From positions 1,337,176-1,401,175 of the forward strand of contig AP038806.1 in NCBI GenBank assembly GCA_047150005.1: a DNA stretch of 64,000 bases. The letters run 5' to 3'. The translations under genes were made by a program, and so were the position numbers. The notes under the pieces are model-generated. The model was not told the DNA's origin and made no database searches. It saw nothing but the letters and a program-made list of their open reading frames with translations. The DNA comes from Nitrospira sp. (GTDB lineage Bacteria; Nitrospirota; Nitrospiria; Nitrospirales; Nitrospiraceae). This document shows, piece by piece, positions 37,783 through 48,564 of this stretch (the stretch's first letter is position 1; every line of letters starts with the position of its first letter).

Positions 37783-40485
37783 TCAGACCGTCTTGGCCTC
37801 GGCTTGTTCCGATTCCATGGACGGTTGCCGCTCCGGCAGGGGGATCGCGAAGCGGAAGATCGCCCCTCCACCCCGGCGGTTCTCGGCCCAAATGCGTCCA
37901 CCGTGGGCTTCCACGATGCCGCGACAGATCGTCAGTCCCAATCCGACACCTCCTTCGCGCGCCATCTTGCCTCGATAGAACTTGTCGAAGATGCGGGTTT
38001 CTTCCCCGACCGGGAGGCCGGGGCCCCGATCGGCCACCTCGACCACGATCTCACGATCGCCGGCTGACGCGGACAAATCGATGGTGCTCCCTGTCGGCGC
38101 GTATTTTGCGGCATTCTCAAGCAGATTGATGAGGACCTGCTCAAGCAGAACGCCGTCGACCAGCAAGAGCGGCAAGTCGTGGGGAAACGCGGTGTGGACC
38201 GTATGGTCACACAAGCGCCCGTCCACCCGCGCAAGAGCCGCACCAACGATTTCGTCCACCGGATGCCATTCCTTGCTCAGCTGCACGGCTCCGGCCTCGA
38301 TGCGCATCATGTCGAGCAGGTTCTTGAGCAAGCGGTCCAAGCGGTCGGCCTCCCGGCAAATCGATCGGGCGAGCTCGAGACGAGCCGAAGAGTCCAGCTG
38401 CCCGTGCTCTTCGACCAAGCCGCTGGCGGCACCGGTGATGGTGGCGAGCGGGGTCCGCAGGTCATGCGACACCGAACTGAGAATCGCGTTCCGCATGCGC
38501 TCGGTCTCCGCCTGAACCTGCGCGGTATGCGCCTCTTCAGAAAGGCGCGTCCGCTCGATCGCCAACGCAATCTGACTGACAAGAGATTCGAGCAAGTGCA
38601 ACGCTTCGGAGTCCAGCAAGGGACCGGGAGCCTTCGGTCGCACGGCCACCACTCCGATCGGTCCCGTCGACGCCACCAAGGGAAGATAGAGTCCGTTGGC
38701 TCCGGGCAGCGTATCGGTTCCGAGACCGGCACGCTCGTTGTGATCGAACACCCATTGAGCCACGCCGGATTCTTTGGGGTCGAACTCGAAATACAGCTGT
38801 TCGCCCAGCTGAAGCCGGACCCGCTTTTCTGAGTCGGCCAGGAAGATCGCCACCTGACTGTCGAACACGTCACGCAGGTGTTGCACTGCAAGCCGGGTCA
38901 ACACTCCTGTTCCTCGGTGGGTCGCGAGATCCCGGCTCATCGCGTAGAGCACGCTCGTCCGCTGTTCCCTGGCCCTCGCCAGCTCGGCTTGCTGTCGAAT
39001 CCGGACGGCGAGATTGCTGATGACGAGCGCGACAACCAGCATCACGCCGAAGGTCAACACGTATTGAATGTCCGAAACCGCGAAGGAGAAGTACGGCGGA
39101 ACGAACAAGACGTCGAACGCCGCGACGCTCAGAAAGGAAGCGAGCACCGACGGGCCGCGCCCGCAGCGTATGGCCACGACGACCACGGCGATGAGATACA
39201 TCATGATGAGATTGGCGGATCCGAAATACGGAAACATCGCCCACGCGACCGCACTCGCACCCAGCACTCCCAAGGATGCATATCCGTATCCCGACAGATC
39301 GCTGGTCCGCTGAAAGCTCCGGCGGACCAAAGGCTGACCTTCCCCGGCTTCCCCCGTGATCACGTAGATATCGATATCCCCGCTCTGATGGACGAGGTCC
39401 GATACGACGGAGCCGAAGACCCATTCCTTCCACCACGACCGTACCGGCTTGCCCACGATGATCTTGGTGGCGTTGCGGCGGCGCGCATAACTCAACAGTT
39501 CCTGCGCCACATTCTCGCCGGTCAAGGTCGCCGTTTCGGCGCCGAGCTGCTCCGCCAATCGCATGGTCTGCGACAGGCGCTCTCGTTCCCGCTGCGGCAG
39601 GCGGAGGTGTCGGGGAATCTGAACATACACGGCGATCCATTTGGCGTGCAGTCCCGCGGCCATCTGACGCGCAGCCCTGATCAGCCGCGGGCCGCGGGGT
39701 TTCATGTTGACGCACACCATAATGGTTTCCGCCGCCGGCCAGGTTCGGATCACCGCGTGGTCGCGGCGATAGACTTCCATCTGCTGGTCGACGCGTTCGG
39801 CGGTGCGTCGCAAGGCGAGCTCCCGGAGTGCGATCAGGTTCCCCTTCGTGAAGAAATTCTGAATCGCATGCTGGATCTGTTCAGGAACATACACCTTGCC
39901 GTCCCTGAGCCGTTGCAACAGATCGTCAGGCGGCAGATCGATGAGCTCCACGTCGTCGGCCCGTTCCAAAGCGGAGTCTGGCACCGTCTCGCGCACGCGC
40001 ACCCCCGTGATCTGCGCCACGACGTCGTTCAAGCTCTCCAGGTGCTGCACGTTCACCGTCGTGTAGACGGTGATGCCGGCCTTCAGAAGCTCCTGAACAT
40101 CCCGCCACCGTTTCTCATGGCGGAGTCCCGGCGCATTGGTGTGAGCCAGCTCGTCGAGCAGAATGACGGTGGGACGCCGCGCCAGGGCTCCGTCGAGATC
40201 GAACTCACGAAGCACGGTGCCGCGGTACTCGACCGCGCGGCGAGGCAAGACTTCAAGGCCGCTGACCAGCGCGTCGGTATCCGGACGTCCGTGGGTTTCC
40301 ACGACACCGATGACGACGTCCACGCCATCGCGCCGTTGTTCGTGGGCCGCTTCCAGCATGGCATAGGTTTTCCCCACACCGGGATTGGCTCCGAAGAAGA
40401 CTTTGAGTTTGCCTTCCGACTGCCTGGCTTCCTCGGCGCGAACGCGTGCGAGGAGTGCGTCGGGATTCGGTCGTTCCTGGCTCAT
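37783..40485 (-). CDS. kdpD: Sensor histidine kinase KdpD
   Basis: [29 protein letters not shown] domain, four TM helices, GAF domain and H-box [10 protein letters not shown]. Confidence 0.97.
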   Translation of the reverse strand: MSQERPNPDALLARVRAEEARQSEGKLKVFFGANPGVGKTYAMLEAAHEQRRDGVDVVIGVVETHGRPDTDALVSGLEVLPRRAVEYRGTVLREFDLDGALARRPTVILLDELAHTNAPGLRHEKRWRDVQELLKAGITVYTTVNVQHLESLNDVVAQITGVRVRETVPDSALERADDVELIDLPPDDLLQRLRDGKVYVPEQIQHAIQNFFTKGNLIALRELALRRTAERVDQQMEVYRRDHAVIRTWPAAETIMVCVNMKPRGPRLIRAARQMAAGLHAKWIAVYVQIPRHLRLPQRERERLSQTMRLAEQLGAETATLTGENVAQELLSYARRRNATKIIVGKPVRSWWKEWVFGSVVSDLVHQSGDIDIYVITGEAGEGQPLVRRSFQRTSDLSGYGYASLGVLGASAVAWAMFPYFGSANLIMMYLIAVVVVAIRCGRGPSVLASFLSVAAFDVLFVPPYFSFAVSDIQYVLTFGVMLVVALVISNLAVRIRQQAELARAREQRTSVLYAMSRDLATHRGTGVLTRLAVQHLRDVFDSQVAIFLADSEKRVRLQLGEQLYFEFDPKESGVAQWVFDHNERAGLGTDTLPGANGLYLPLVASTGPIGVVAVRPKAPGPLLDSEALHLLESLVSQIALAIERTRLSEEAHTAQVQAETERMRNAILSSVSHDLRTPLATITGAASGLVEEHGQLDSSARLELARSICREADRLDRLLKNLLDMMRIEAGAVQLSKEWHPVDEIVGAALARVDGRLCDHTVHTAFPHDLPLLLVDGVLLEQVLINLLENAAKYAPTGSTIDLSASAGDREIVVEVADRGPGLPVGEETRIFDKFYRGKMAREGGVGLGLTICRGIVEAHGGRIWAENRRGGGAIFRFAIPLPERQPSMESEQAEAKTV

Positions 40486-40644
40486 GAGAGGAGCCTCCCG
40501 TCGCGGGCCGTGGCGTGGAGCGGGATGGGACGCATGAATTCTAGGGGAGGGCGAACAGGCCGTCAATGAGACGCCGCACATCCGGTGCGGCGCGCCGCCG
40601 GGAATCGCGCCGATCGTCATGATCGGCCGCTCACACGCTCGAGA

Positions 40645-41217
40645 TCAACGGAGCTGACCAAGCGCTATGTTCAGCTTCAACACGTTGACCCGCCGCTCTC
40701 CCAGCAATCCAAACTGGCGCTCTTCCGTATGCCGGATCACCAGGGTCTTCACCGTCTTCTCTTCCAGACCTCGGACATGCGCGACCCGCTTCACTTGGTA
40801 CAGCGCTGCGGCCTGGCTGATGTGGGGATCGAGTCCGCTCCCCGACGCCGTGACCAGATCGACAGGAACGGAGAGGTCGTTGCCGGGATCTGCGGCTCGG
40901 AGGGCGGCGATTCTCGCTTTCACCGCTTCGATCAGGACCGGATTGGTCGGGCCGAGATTTGATCCACTCGACGCCGCAGCATTGTAGGGGAACGGCGAGG
41001 TAGCCGATGGACGGCTCCAAAAATATTCCGGTCTGTCGAAGTGCTGCCCGATCAACTCGGATCCGACGACCCGGCCATCACGAACGATCAAGCTGCCATT
41101 GGCCTGGTTCGGAAACATCAGTTGGGCCAGTCCCGTGACCGCGAGCGGATAGATCAGACCCGTGAGGACCGTCATGATGAACAACATCGTAAGCGCAGGT
41201 CGCAGGTGAGCGCGCAT
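40645..41217 (-). CDS. kdpC: K+-transporting ATPase subunit C
   Basis: [15 protein letters not shown] and [15 protein letters not shown]. Confidence 0.97.
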   Translation of the reverse strand: MRAHLRPALTMLFIMTVLTGLIYPLAVTGLAQLMFPNQANGSLIVRDGRVVGSELIGQHFDRPEYFWSRPSATSPFPYNAAASSGSNLGPTNPVLIEAVKARIAALRAADPGNDLSVPVDLVTASGSGLDPHISQAAALYQVKRVAHVRGLEEKTVKTLVIRHTEERQFGLLGERRVNVLKLNIALGQLR

Positions 41218-41225
41218 TGCGACTC

Positions 41226-43352
41226 CTAAGTAAGATGCAACGCGATCAGAAGCAGGTCGATCAGTTTGATCCCGACGAACGGCACGATGACCCCGCCCAA
41301 TCCGTAGACGAAGAGGTGGCGCCGGAGCAGAGAGCCGGCGTCCATGGCACGATACTCGATGCCTCGCAATGCGAAGGGAATCAGGGCGACGATGATGAGC
41401 GCATTGAAAATGACCGCCGAGAGGACGGCGCTGCGGGGGCTGGCCAGGTGCATGATGTTCAGCGCATTTAGGATCGGATAGGTCGTCGCAAAGGCGGCCG
41501 GAATAATCGCAAAGTATTTCGCCACGTCGTTGGCAATACTGAAGGTGGTCAGCGCACCGCGCGTCATCAAAAGTTGTTTGCCGATCTCCACGATCTCGAT
41601 CAGCTTCGTGGGGTTGCTGTCGAGATCCACCAGGTTCCCGGCCTCTTTGGCCGCCTGTGTCCCCGTATTCATGGCCACCGCCACATCGGCCTGCGCCAAT
41701 GCCGGCGCATCGTTCGTGCCGTCTCCGGTCATGGCGACGAGGCGGCCTTCGGCTTGAAGCTCACGGATAAGCTTCAGCTTGGCTTCCGGCGTGGCCTGCG
41801 CCAGGAAATCGTCGACCCCAGCCTCTGCCGCCACCGCGGCAGCCGTCTGCGGATTGTCACCGGTGATCATGACGGTCTTGATGCCCATCCGTCGCAGCTC
41901 GCCGAACCGCTCCCTGATTCCCCCCTTCACGATATCTTGAAGCGCGATGACTCCGAGGACCCTGCCGCTCTCCGCCACCACGAGGGGCGTCCCACCCCGC
42001 TTGGCAATGGTTTCCACTTGGGTCCGCACGAATGCAGAGAACTGTCCTCCGCGCGCCGCGACATAGGATTCCATCGCCTCAGCCGAACCTTTGCGGATTT
42101 CGCGTCCATGGAGATCCACTCCGCTCATGCGCGTCTGTGCGCTGAACGGGATGAACGTGGCGCCCAATTCATGAATGTCGCGCGCGCGCAATCCGTACTT
42201 CTCCTTCGCCAGCACGACGATACTGCGGCCTTCCGGCGTTTCATCGGCAAGGGACGAGAGCTGACACGCGTCGGCCAAGACCTGATCGCTCACTCCTTCG
42301 GCCGGAACGAAGGCGGTCGCTTGACGATTGCCCAACGTGATGGTGCCGGTCTTGTCGAGCAGCAACACATCGACATCACCCGCCGCCTCCACGGCTTTCC
42401 CGGACATGGCGATGACGTTCGCCTGCACCATCCGATCCATCCCGGCGATCCCGATAGCCGAGAGGAGCGCGCCGATGGTCGTGGGAATCAGGCAGACCAG
42501 GAGCGCCACGAGCACCGTGACCGTCACCGGCGATCCTTGTCCGGCCGCCGTCACGCCGTAAAGGGAGAAGGGAAGGAGGGTGACCGTAGCCAGTAAAAAA
42601 ATGATCGTCAGCGCCGCGAGAAGGATATTGAGGGCGATTTCATTCGGCGTTTTCTGACGCGCGGCTCCCTCGACCATGGCAATCATCCGATCGAGAAAGC
42701 TGTCACCCGGATTCGTCGTGACCCGGACAATGAGCCAATCGGATAGCACCTTCGTGCCTCCGGTGACCGCACATCGGTCACCCCCGCTTTCTCTGATCAC
42801 GGGAGCGCTCTCGCCCGTAATGGCGCTTTCGTCCACCGAGGCCACGCCGTCGATGACGTCGCCGTCCAACGGAATATGATCTCCCGCCTCCACGAGCACT
42901 ACATCATTTTTCTTGAGCAGATTGGCCTGAATCGCGCTGAATGTATCGCGCCGCTGGAATTTGTGGTTCCATCCGGCATGATGCTCGCGGCCGGCTTCGA
43001 TGCTCCCGAGTTTTTTGGCGGTCAACTCTCGACGCGAACGTCGGAGGGATTCGGCCTGCGCTTTGCCTCGTCCTTCCGCCATGGCCTCGGCGAAATTGGC
43101 GAAGAACACGGTAAACCAGAGCCAGACCGCGATCGCCAAAATGAACCAAGCCGGCGCCTCGCCCCTGCTCACAAGCGCCTGCGCGAACAGGACGGTTGTG
43201 AGGAGACAACCGACCCAGACGACGAACATCACGGGATTCTTAACCTGATGGCGGAGATGCAGTTTGTGGACCGCATCGAGCAATGCCTGACGCACGACCG
43301 GCGTGCCGATCAAGGATTGGGATGGATGTGGGCTGGCCGTCATCGGCATCAC
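41226..43352 (-). CDS. kdpB: K+-transporting ATPase subunit B (P-type ATPase)
   Basis: [17 protein letters not shown] phosphorylation motif and [10 protein letters not shown]. Confidence 0.98.
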   Translation of the reverse strand: MMPMTASPHPSQSLIGTPVVRQALLDAVHKLHLRHQVKNPVMFVVWVGCLLTTVLFAQALVSRGEAPAWFILAIAVWLWFTVFFANFAEAMAEGRGKAQAESLRRSRRELTAKKLGSIEAGREHHAGWNHKFQRRDTFSAIQANLLKKNDVVLVEAGDHIPLDGDVIDGVASVDESAITGESAPVIRESGGDRCAVTGGTKVLSDWLIVRVTTNPGDSFLDRMIAMVEGAARQKTPNEIALNILLAALTIIFLLATVTLLPFSLYGVTAAGQGSPVTVTVLVALLVCLIPTTIGALLSAIGIAGMDRMVQANVIAMSGKAVEAAGDVDVLLLDKTGTITLGNRQATAFVPAEGVSDQVLADACQLSSLADETPEGRSIVVLAKEKYGLRARDIHELGATFIPFSAQTRMSGVDLHGREIRKGSAEAMESYVAARGGQFSAFVRTQVETIAKRGGTPLVVAESGRVLGVIALQDIVKGGIRERFGELRRMGIKTVMITGDNPQTAAAVAAEAGVDDFLAQATPEAKLKLIRELQAEGRLVAMTGDGTNDAPALAQADVAVAMNTGTQAAKEAGNLVDLDSNPTKLIEIVEIGKQLLMTRGALTTFSIANDVAKYFAIIPAAFATTYPILNALNIMHLASPRSAVLSAVIFNALIIVALIPFALRGIEYRAMDAGSLLRRHLFVYGLGGVIVPFVGIKLIDLLLIALHLT

Positions 43353-43363
43353 GTGACTCCTCG

Positions 43364-45169
43364 TTACCGCCCTTGCATCAATAGGTCTTCGACCACGGGC
43401 CCCAAGGCCAGAGCCGGCAGAAATGTCAACGCCCCGACCATGATGACCACACCTATAAGAAGGACGACAAACAAAGGGGTATGGGTCGGCAAGGTGCCGG
43501 GGCCGGCGGGCACCAGTTTTTTCCTGGCCAGGGCGCCGGCCAGCGCGAGCGTCGGAACCGCAAGCCAGAACCGTGAGATCAACATCGCAAGACCTCCCGC
43601 GAGGTTATAGAACGGTGTATTGACGTTCAGGCCGGCGAACGCGCTCCCATTGTTGTTGCCTTGAGACGTGAAGGCATACAGAATTTCACTGAATCCATGC
43701 GGTCCGGGATTCAACACGGAAGACGTCCCGGCGCTGACGCTGACCGCAACCGCCGTTCCGCCGAGCACGATCAGCGGCATGATCAAGATGAGCAGCGATG
43801 CCATTTTCATTTCATAGGATTCGATTTTCTTCCCCAGATACTCCGGCGTCCGCCCCACCATCAGTCCGGCAACGAACACGGCGACGATGGCGAACACGAT
43901 CATGCCGTAGAGTCCGGAACCGACGCCGCCGAAGACCACTTCGCCGAATTGCATGAGGAACAGTGGGGCAAAGCCGCCCAGCGGCGTATAGGAATCCAGC
44001 ATCGAGTTCACTGATCCGTTGGACGCCGCGGTGGTGGCCGCGGACCAGAGGACCGAACCGGTGATACCGAAACGCAGTTCCTTGCCTTCCATGTTGCCGC
44101 CGGCCTGGCCATCGGATGCCTGCTGATCCACGTCGTCGCTCGTCAGCCATGGATTGCCTCTCTGTTCGGCCCATAGCCCGACCGGGATGAAACAGCACAG
44201 GAGAATCGTCATGGCGGCAAGGATGGTCCAACCTTGACGGGTGTCTCCAACCATGAGGCCGAAGGTGTAGCACAGTGAGGCGGGGATCAGGAGGATCGCC
44301 AAGATCTCGAGAGCGTTGGACCATGGCGTCGGATTCTCAAACGGATGCGCACTATTCACGTTGAAGAAGCCGCCGCCGTTGGTGCCGAGTTGTTTGATGG
44401 CGACTTGAGAGGCCGCTGGTCCTACCGCAAACACCTGCTCGGTCGCCGCGACGGATTCCGCTTTCGGCTTCCCCTGTTCATCGAGCACAGGTTGGCCGTT
44501 CGAATCCACGACCGACTTGTCGTAACCGACCGGTTGCACCAGCGTCCCCGTCTGGTAGGCGTTGAACGTCTGGACGACACCTTGAGACACCAAAAGAAGG
44601 GAGAAGAGGACCGAGAGGGGAAGAAGAATGTACAGCGCGCTTCGGGTCACATCGACCCAAAAGTTCCCGATCGTCGTTGAGCTGCGACGCGTCAACCCAC
44701 GGATTAACGCGACGAGAATAGCCATGCCCGTCGCCGCCGACAAGAAGTTTTGCACCGTCAGGCCCAGCATCTGCGTCAGGTAACTCAACGTCGTTTCGCC
44801 TCCATAGGCCTGCCAATTCGTGTTTGTTGCAAAGCTCACGGCAGTGTTGAACGCCAGATCCGGAGAGACGGCTCCGAGGCCGGCTGGGTTCAACGGCAGG
44901 AGATGCTGCAGCCGTTGCAGTCCGTACAGGAACAAGAGGCCGACGGCATTGAAGAGCAACATGGCGATGCCGTAGATTTTCCAATCCGTTTCATCGGCAG
45001 GACGAATCCCACCGAACCAATACGTGACCCGTTCAACGGGACCTAGCAGCAGATCCAAGCCGCAAGGCTTCCCTTCATACACCCGAGCCATGTACCAGCC
45101 CAGCGGTTTGACCAGCCCCAGCAGCACGGTAAGGCAGACGACGATTTGGGCGATCCCGTTGAACGTCAT
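43364..45169 (-). CDS. kdpA: K+-transporting ATPase subunit A
   Basis: [29 protein letters not shown] and NNGSAFAG selectivity-filter segments. TGATG coupling to kdpF. Confidence 0.98.
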   Translation of the reverse strand: MTFNGIAQIVVCLTVLLGLVKPLGWYMARVYEGKPCGLDLLLGPVERVTYWFGGIRPADETDWKIYGIAMLLFNAVGLLFLYGLQRLQHLLPLNPAGLGAVSPDLAFNTAVSFATNTNWQAYGGETTLSYLTQMLGLTVQNFLSAATGMAILVALIRGLTRRSSTTIGNFWVDVTRSALYILLPLSVLFSLLLVSQGVVQTFNAYQTGTLVQPVGYDKSVVDSNGQPVLDEQGKPKAESVAATEQVFAVGPAASQVAIKQLGTNGGGFFNVNSAHPFENPTPWSNALEILAILLIPASLCYTFGLMVGDTRQGWTILAAMTILLCCFIPVGLWAEQRGNPWLTSDDVDQQASDGQAGGNMEGKELRFGITGSVLWSAATTAASNGSVNSMLDSYTPLGGFAPLFLMQFGEVVFGGVGSGLYGMIVFAIVAVFVAGLMVGRTPEYLGKKIESYEMKMASLLILIMPLIVLGGTAVAVSVSAGTSSVLNPGPHGFSEILYAFTSQGNNNGSAFAGLNVNTPFYNLAGGLAMLISRFWLAVPTLALAGALARKKLVPAGPGTLPTHTPLFVVLLIGVVIMVGALTFLPALALGPVVEDLLMQGR

Positions 45170-45258
45170 CAGAATTTCTCCGGCTTGAGCAATGCCACCA
45201 GGAGGTAGATGAGAAGGCCTACGGAAAGTATCGCGCCGAACCAATACATCACGTTCAT
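45169..45258 (-). CDS. kdpF: K+-transporting ATPase subunit F (29 aa; not in ORF track)
   Basis: Hand translation MNVMYWFGAILSVGLLIYLLVALLKPEKF*, with the conserved YL...L.PE.F ending, a GGAGAGG SD and a stop overlapping the kdpA ATG. Confidence 0.93.
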   Translation of the reverse strand: MNVMYWFGAILSVGLLIYLLVALLKPEKF

Positions 45259-45269
45259 GGGCCTCTCCC

Positions 45270-45350
45270 CTATAGTCGATCGAGCGCCGAGACGAGCCAG
45301 ACCGACAGGATGAAAAACCCGATCGCCAAACCAAGTACGAGCAGATCCAT
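45270..45350 (-). CDS. 26-aa hydrophobic peptide heading the kdp operon (not in ORF track)
   Basis: Hand translation MDLLVLGLAIGFFILSVWLVSALDRL*, a single TM helix with a GAGGG SD. It ends 11 nt before the kdpF ATG. Confidence 0.75.
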   Translation of the reverse strand: MDLLVLGLAIGFFILSVWLVSALDRL

Positions 45351-45393
45351 CCGTGCCCTCGTCTCATCCCGCTCTCGAACGCTACCAAACGCC

Positions 45394-45414
45394 GTATAAA
45401 AACGGTGTCAAAAA
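45394..45414 (-). promoter_or_regulatory. Putative KdpE binding site
   Basis: Minus strand TTTTTGACACCGTTTTTATAC contains two T-rich half sites (TTGACAC, TTTATAC) 11 bp apart. It resembles the E. coli KdpE box and lies just upstream of a TAGCGT -10-like element. Confidence 0.55.
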
Positions 45415-45512
45415 TCCAGCGGGGAACGTGACGGAAGAGTCAACGATGCCGAAGGCCGGCGATCAGCTTTCGGTCTGGGGATGAGAAGGTCGGAAGAGCG
45501 AGGAACGGCGCG

Positions 45513-45992
45513 TCATCGTTTCGGCTCGTCGAGGACGCACCACATGCGGCGGGTGCCGGACTTCTGATCGGTGACCGGCTCGCCGCTGAAGAAACTCACC
45601 TGCCAGGCGACGATGTCGTCCTTGGGGTCGGGTGTCGACGTCCAGTAGATTTCCGACTTGATGTTTGAAAAGGGATGGCCGGGCGGCAGCGCCGGATCAT
45701 GCTGCGACGGGTCGATCAGGGTTTTCAGCTCATCGACGGACGGGGCACGCCACGTCTTGCGACCTCCGACGTCCTTTGTCCTGCAACGTTCGATCGACCG
45801 GCTCCAGACGTCATGTTCCCGGTCCGGCTCCTGCTCCCAAATCAAGCCGGTCCGGTCATCCCGTACGCCGGCTCCGTCCATGACCAGAGTGAATCGAGCG
45901 GCGCCGGGCGGATCGGCCGCCATGGAGGCCGCCACAAGACAACAATAGGTTCCCGCTATCGCCAAAACGGCACATCGTCGTCTCTTGGGCAC
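45513..45992 (-). CDS. Exported DUF1566 (Lcl C-terminal-like) domain protein
   Basis: VRDDRTGLIWEQ, WRAPSVDELKTLID, YWTST and AWQVSFFSG. Confidence 0.88.
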   Translation of the reverse strand: MPKRRRCAVLAIAGTYCCLVAASMAADPPGAARFTLVMDGAGVRDDRTGLIWEQEPDREHDVWSRSIERCRTKDVGGRKTWRAPSVDELKTLIDPSQHDPALPPGHPFSNIKSEIYWTSTPDPKDDIVAWQVSFFSGEPVTDQKSGTRRMWCVLDEPKR

Positions 45993-46162
45993 CGAGTCCT
46001 CCCGGTCGCGTATGGAGGGTCATATCGTAAAAGAGTCGTGACTCAGGAGCAAGCGAGACTGTTACCGGGAACGGCGTCGCTGATGACGCCGCAGAAGCAC
46101 CGCAACCCAGACGCAGGCGACGAGCATCGCAACCATCCCCAGGTGATGCGTCAACTCGCTCT

Positions 46163-47140
46163 TCAATGGAAGGAGAACGGGATCGGCGCGAAGGTGACGA
46201 CGAACACCAGCAGGGCCAGCCAGCCTACGAGCATTCTGGCCGTGCCGAGCGGCACGTTGGGATTCCGGATCGGAGGATGTCCAAGCCCCCACAGACCGGC
46301 CATGAAGGCCCAGACGAACCAACCGGGCCATCCGACGAATCCGAGGACAATCAACACCGGCACGATGGCGAACGCCATCGTGCGCTGGCGCGCGCCCCAC
46401 AACGCATAGGCGACGTGACCGCCGTCGAGTTGCCCGATGGGAATGAGATTCAAGGACGTCACAAAGAGACCGAACCAGGCGGCAAAGGCCACAGGATGCA
46501 GGACCACGTCGGCATCCGGCGGAAGCGAGCCGATCACGATCCAGGAGAGAAACTGCAGCAGGAGTGGCTCTCCCAGCTGCAATCCGAAGGTGGCGGTACG
46601 GTCCACGACCTCGGAGAAGCGAAGCCCGATGATCAATGCGACCACCGCGACGACGAAACCCGCCAAGGGTCCCGCAACACCGATGTCGAAGAGCGCCCGA
46701 CGGTTGAGGATCGGTCCGCGCATGCGGATGATGGCGCCGAAGGTCCCGATGAAATGCGGTGGGCCAGGAATGAAGAGGGGCAAAGAGGCGGGCACCCGAT
46801 GAATTTTCGACAACACATAGTGGCCGAGTTCATGCGTGACCAGGATGAAGAGCAGCGTCCCTGCAAACGGCACTCCCTTCAAGAGCCTATCCGGATGGGC
46901 CAGGAGAAAATCGACCGGCCCCCTCACCATGCCGGCGTAGGCTTGATACGCGCCTGCCCACAACGTCGTGAAGATCGTGAGGCTGAACAGCACTAGAGGA
47001 AGGATCCACGTGGAGAATGCGGACGGCTCGTCCGCGTCATCGAGGTCCGGTTCAGCGGACGGCGACCCGGGAGCAGCGCCGCGCCGTACATCCCCGTCGT
47101 CTGTGGAGAGGATCGACCGATGTCCGTCGACAGGTTCCAT
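46163..47140 (-). CDS. Site-2 protease (M50) family intramembrane metalloprotease
   Basis: HELGH zinc motif, AGPLAG and NLIPIGQLDGGH. Confidence 0.93.
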   Translation of the reverse strand: MEPVDGHRSILSTDDGDVRRGAAPGSPSAEPDLDDADEPSAFSTWILPLVLFSLTIFTTLWAGAYQAYAGMVRGPVDFLLAHPDRLLKGVPFAGTLLFILVTHELGHYVLSKIHRVPASLPLFIPGPPHFIGTFGAIIRMRGPILNRRALFDIGVAGPLAGFVVAVVALIIGLRFSEVVDRTATFGLQLGEPLLLQFLSWIVIGSLPPDADVVLHPVAFAAWFGLFVTSLNLIPIGQLDGGHVAYALWGARQRTMAFAIVPVLIVLGFVGWPGWFVWAFMAGLWGLGHPPIRNPNVPLGTARMLVGWLALLVFVVTFAPIPFSFH

Positions 47141-47150
47141 CTGCAACTCT

Positions 47151-47993
47151 TCAGCAGACGGATGCGAACGGGTTGTGGTCCCGCTCCTCGGCCACCGTCG
47201 TCGCCGGACCGTGTCCGGGCAGCAGGCGAACCTCGGCCGGGAGCGTGAGAAGACGGCGGCGAACCGAATCGAGGTGCGTCTCGTAGAGGGTGCCGGGATT
47301 CGAGCGGCCGATCGAGCCGGCGAAGAGCGTATCCCCGACGAAACAGAGCGGTTGCTCCGCATCCTCCACCCGGTAGCAAATTCCTCCGGCCGTGTGACCG
47401 GGCGTCGTCAGACACCGGACCGTCCTGCTTCCGACCCTGATGGTCAGGCCGTCGTGAGGCGACGTGAGGAGTCCGGCCTGCGGCTGCCAATCCAGGAGGC
47501 TGCGGTCGGCCGTCCCAAGGAACACCGGCACCGCTCGATGAGCCAGCAACTGGTCGATCCCCCGGGCATGGTCGGAGTGCCCGTGGGTCAGACAGATGCC
47601 GACCAGGCGCAAGCGGCGATTGATAAGTGCGGCGATCATGGCCGGTGCATTATAGCCCGTATCGATCACCACGGCCTCACCGTCGTCGTGGAGGAGGTAG
47701 CCTTGCACGCCATAGCCACCGACTGATCCGTAGATGGTCTCCACCCAGGACGGCGTGCACCGGTCGGCCGGCTGCCAGTTCTCGATCGCCACCCCGATCA
47801 ACGGGTCGGGCCTGAGGCCCAGAGCCTCGGCCAATGCCCGAACCGTCTCGCGATCGGACGGCCGCTTCCCCCGCTCAAGTCCGGCAATCTCCGCTTCGCT
47901 CAACCCCGCCGTGCTCGCGACCTCTCGGATCGAGAGCCCGAGCCCCCCACGTGCCTTCTTCAGGATGTCGCACAGGTCGTCTTCCAGCGGCAT
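47151..47993 (-). CDS. XRE-type HTH fused to a metallo-beta-lactamase-fold hydrolase
   Basis: N-terminal LKKARGGLGLSIREVASTAGLSEAEIAGLERG HTH, then THGHSDH, TPGHT, GDTLF and PGHG MBL motifs. Confidence 0.9.
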   Translation of the reverse strand: MPLEDDLCDILKKARGGLGLSIREVASTAGLSEAEIAGLERGKRPSDRETVRALAEALGLRPDPLIGVAIENWQPADRCTPSWVETIYGSVGGYGVQGYLLHDDGEAVVIDTGYNAPAMIAALINRRLRLVGICLTHGHSDHARGIDQLLAHRAVPVFLGTADRSLLDWQPQAGLLTSPHDGLTIRVGSRTVRCLTTPGHTAGGICYRVEDAEQPLCFVGDTLFAGSIGRSNPGTLYETHLDSVRRRLLTLPAEVRLLPGHGPATTVAEERDHNPFASVC

Positions 47994-48034
47994 GGTATGC
48001 CCAATTCATCGTGCCGCCGGCCGAGGCCCGCCTG

Positions 48035-48328
48035 CTAGACGAGCGTGCCGAGGATGCGGCGGTAGTCCTCTTCGGGAAAGGCTTTCAGCGTCGTCGAGCG
48101 CACGTTTCCCGACGAGCCGAGCTTGAGCGCAAAGGCGGCCTGCTTGTCGTTGTTCGGCATATCGAGGATGAGGACCAGGTCATACGATCCGAGCGTCATG
48201 TAGAAGGACTTGACCTCGCCTCCCAAATCCTTCGCGAGCTTCTTCACGGCATCCAATCGCTTCGGCGACTCTTTGACGTTTCTGATGCCTTGATCCGTCC
48301 AGTTGAGCAGCATGACATAGGTCACCAT
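48035..48328 (-). CDS. GYD domain-containing protein
   Basis: YVMLLNWTDQG, TLGSYDLV and GNVRSTTLKAF. Confidence 0.9.
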   Translation of the reverse strand: MVTYVMLLNWTDQGIRNVKESPKRLDAVKKLAKDLGGEVKSFYMTLGSYDLVLILDMPNNDKQAAFALKLGSSGNVRSTTLKAFPEEDYRRILGTLV

Positions 48329-48347
48329 AGCACCCTCCCCGGCAGCC

Positions 48348-48564
48348 CTAGCCCACATGATTCATGACGGTTCGTAACGAAACCGCCAAGACGCCAGGCG
48401 AGACGGGCACGCGGAGTTGCGAGGAAGGAAGGCATACTTGAAACAGTATGTCGACCGACCGAGCAACGAGCCTGCCCACTTGGCTGCGGGAACCTGGCAG
48501 CCAAGTTTGTCGCAGCGGCGTATCGGCGGTTGCAGTAGAAGCGCTCATGAATACTGTGGGCTAG
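48348..48564. mobile_element. MITE-like element with terminal inverted repeats and CTAG duplication
   Basis: CTAG-[CCCACATGATTCATGA ... TCATGAATACTGTGGG]-CTAG. The TIRs match at 14/16 nt. Internal hairpins are CATACT-TGAAAC-AGTATG and ACTTGGCTGC-N9-GCAGCCAAGT. No convincing coding capacity. Confidence 0.75.

Noticed and set aside
7118-40569. Long antisense ORFs (7118-8764, 20555-22891, 24831-26609, 38878-40569 and similar)
   Set aside because: They are shadow frames opposite well-supported genes in GC-rich DNA and have no recognisable motifs.
46062-46154. Possible 30-aa TM peptide (LTHHLGMVAMLVACVWVAVLLRRHQRRRSR) after the site-2 protease
   Set aside because: It has a weak TTG or internal ATG start with no clear SD. 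It is plausible but not supportable without conservation data.
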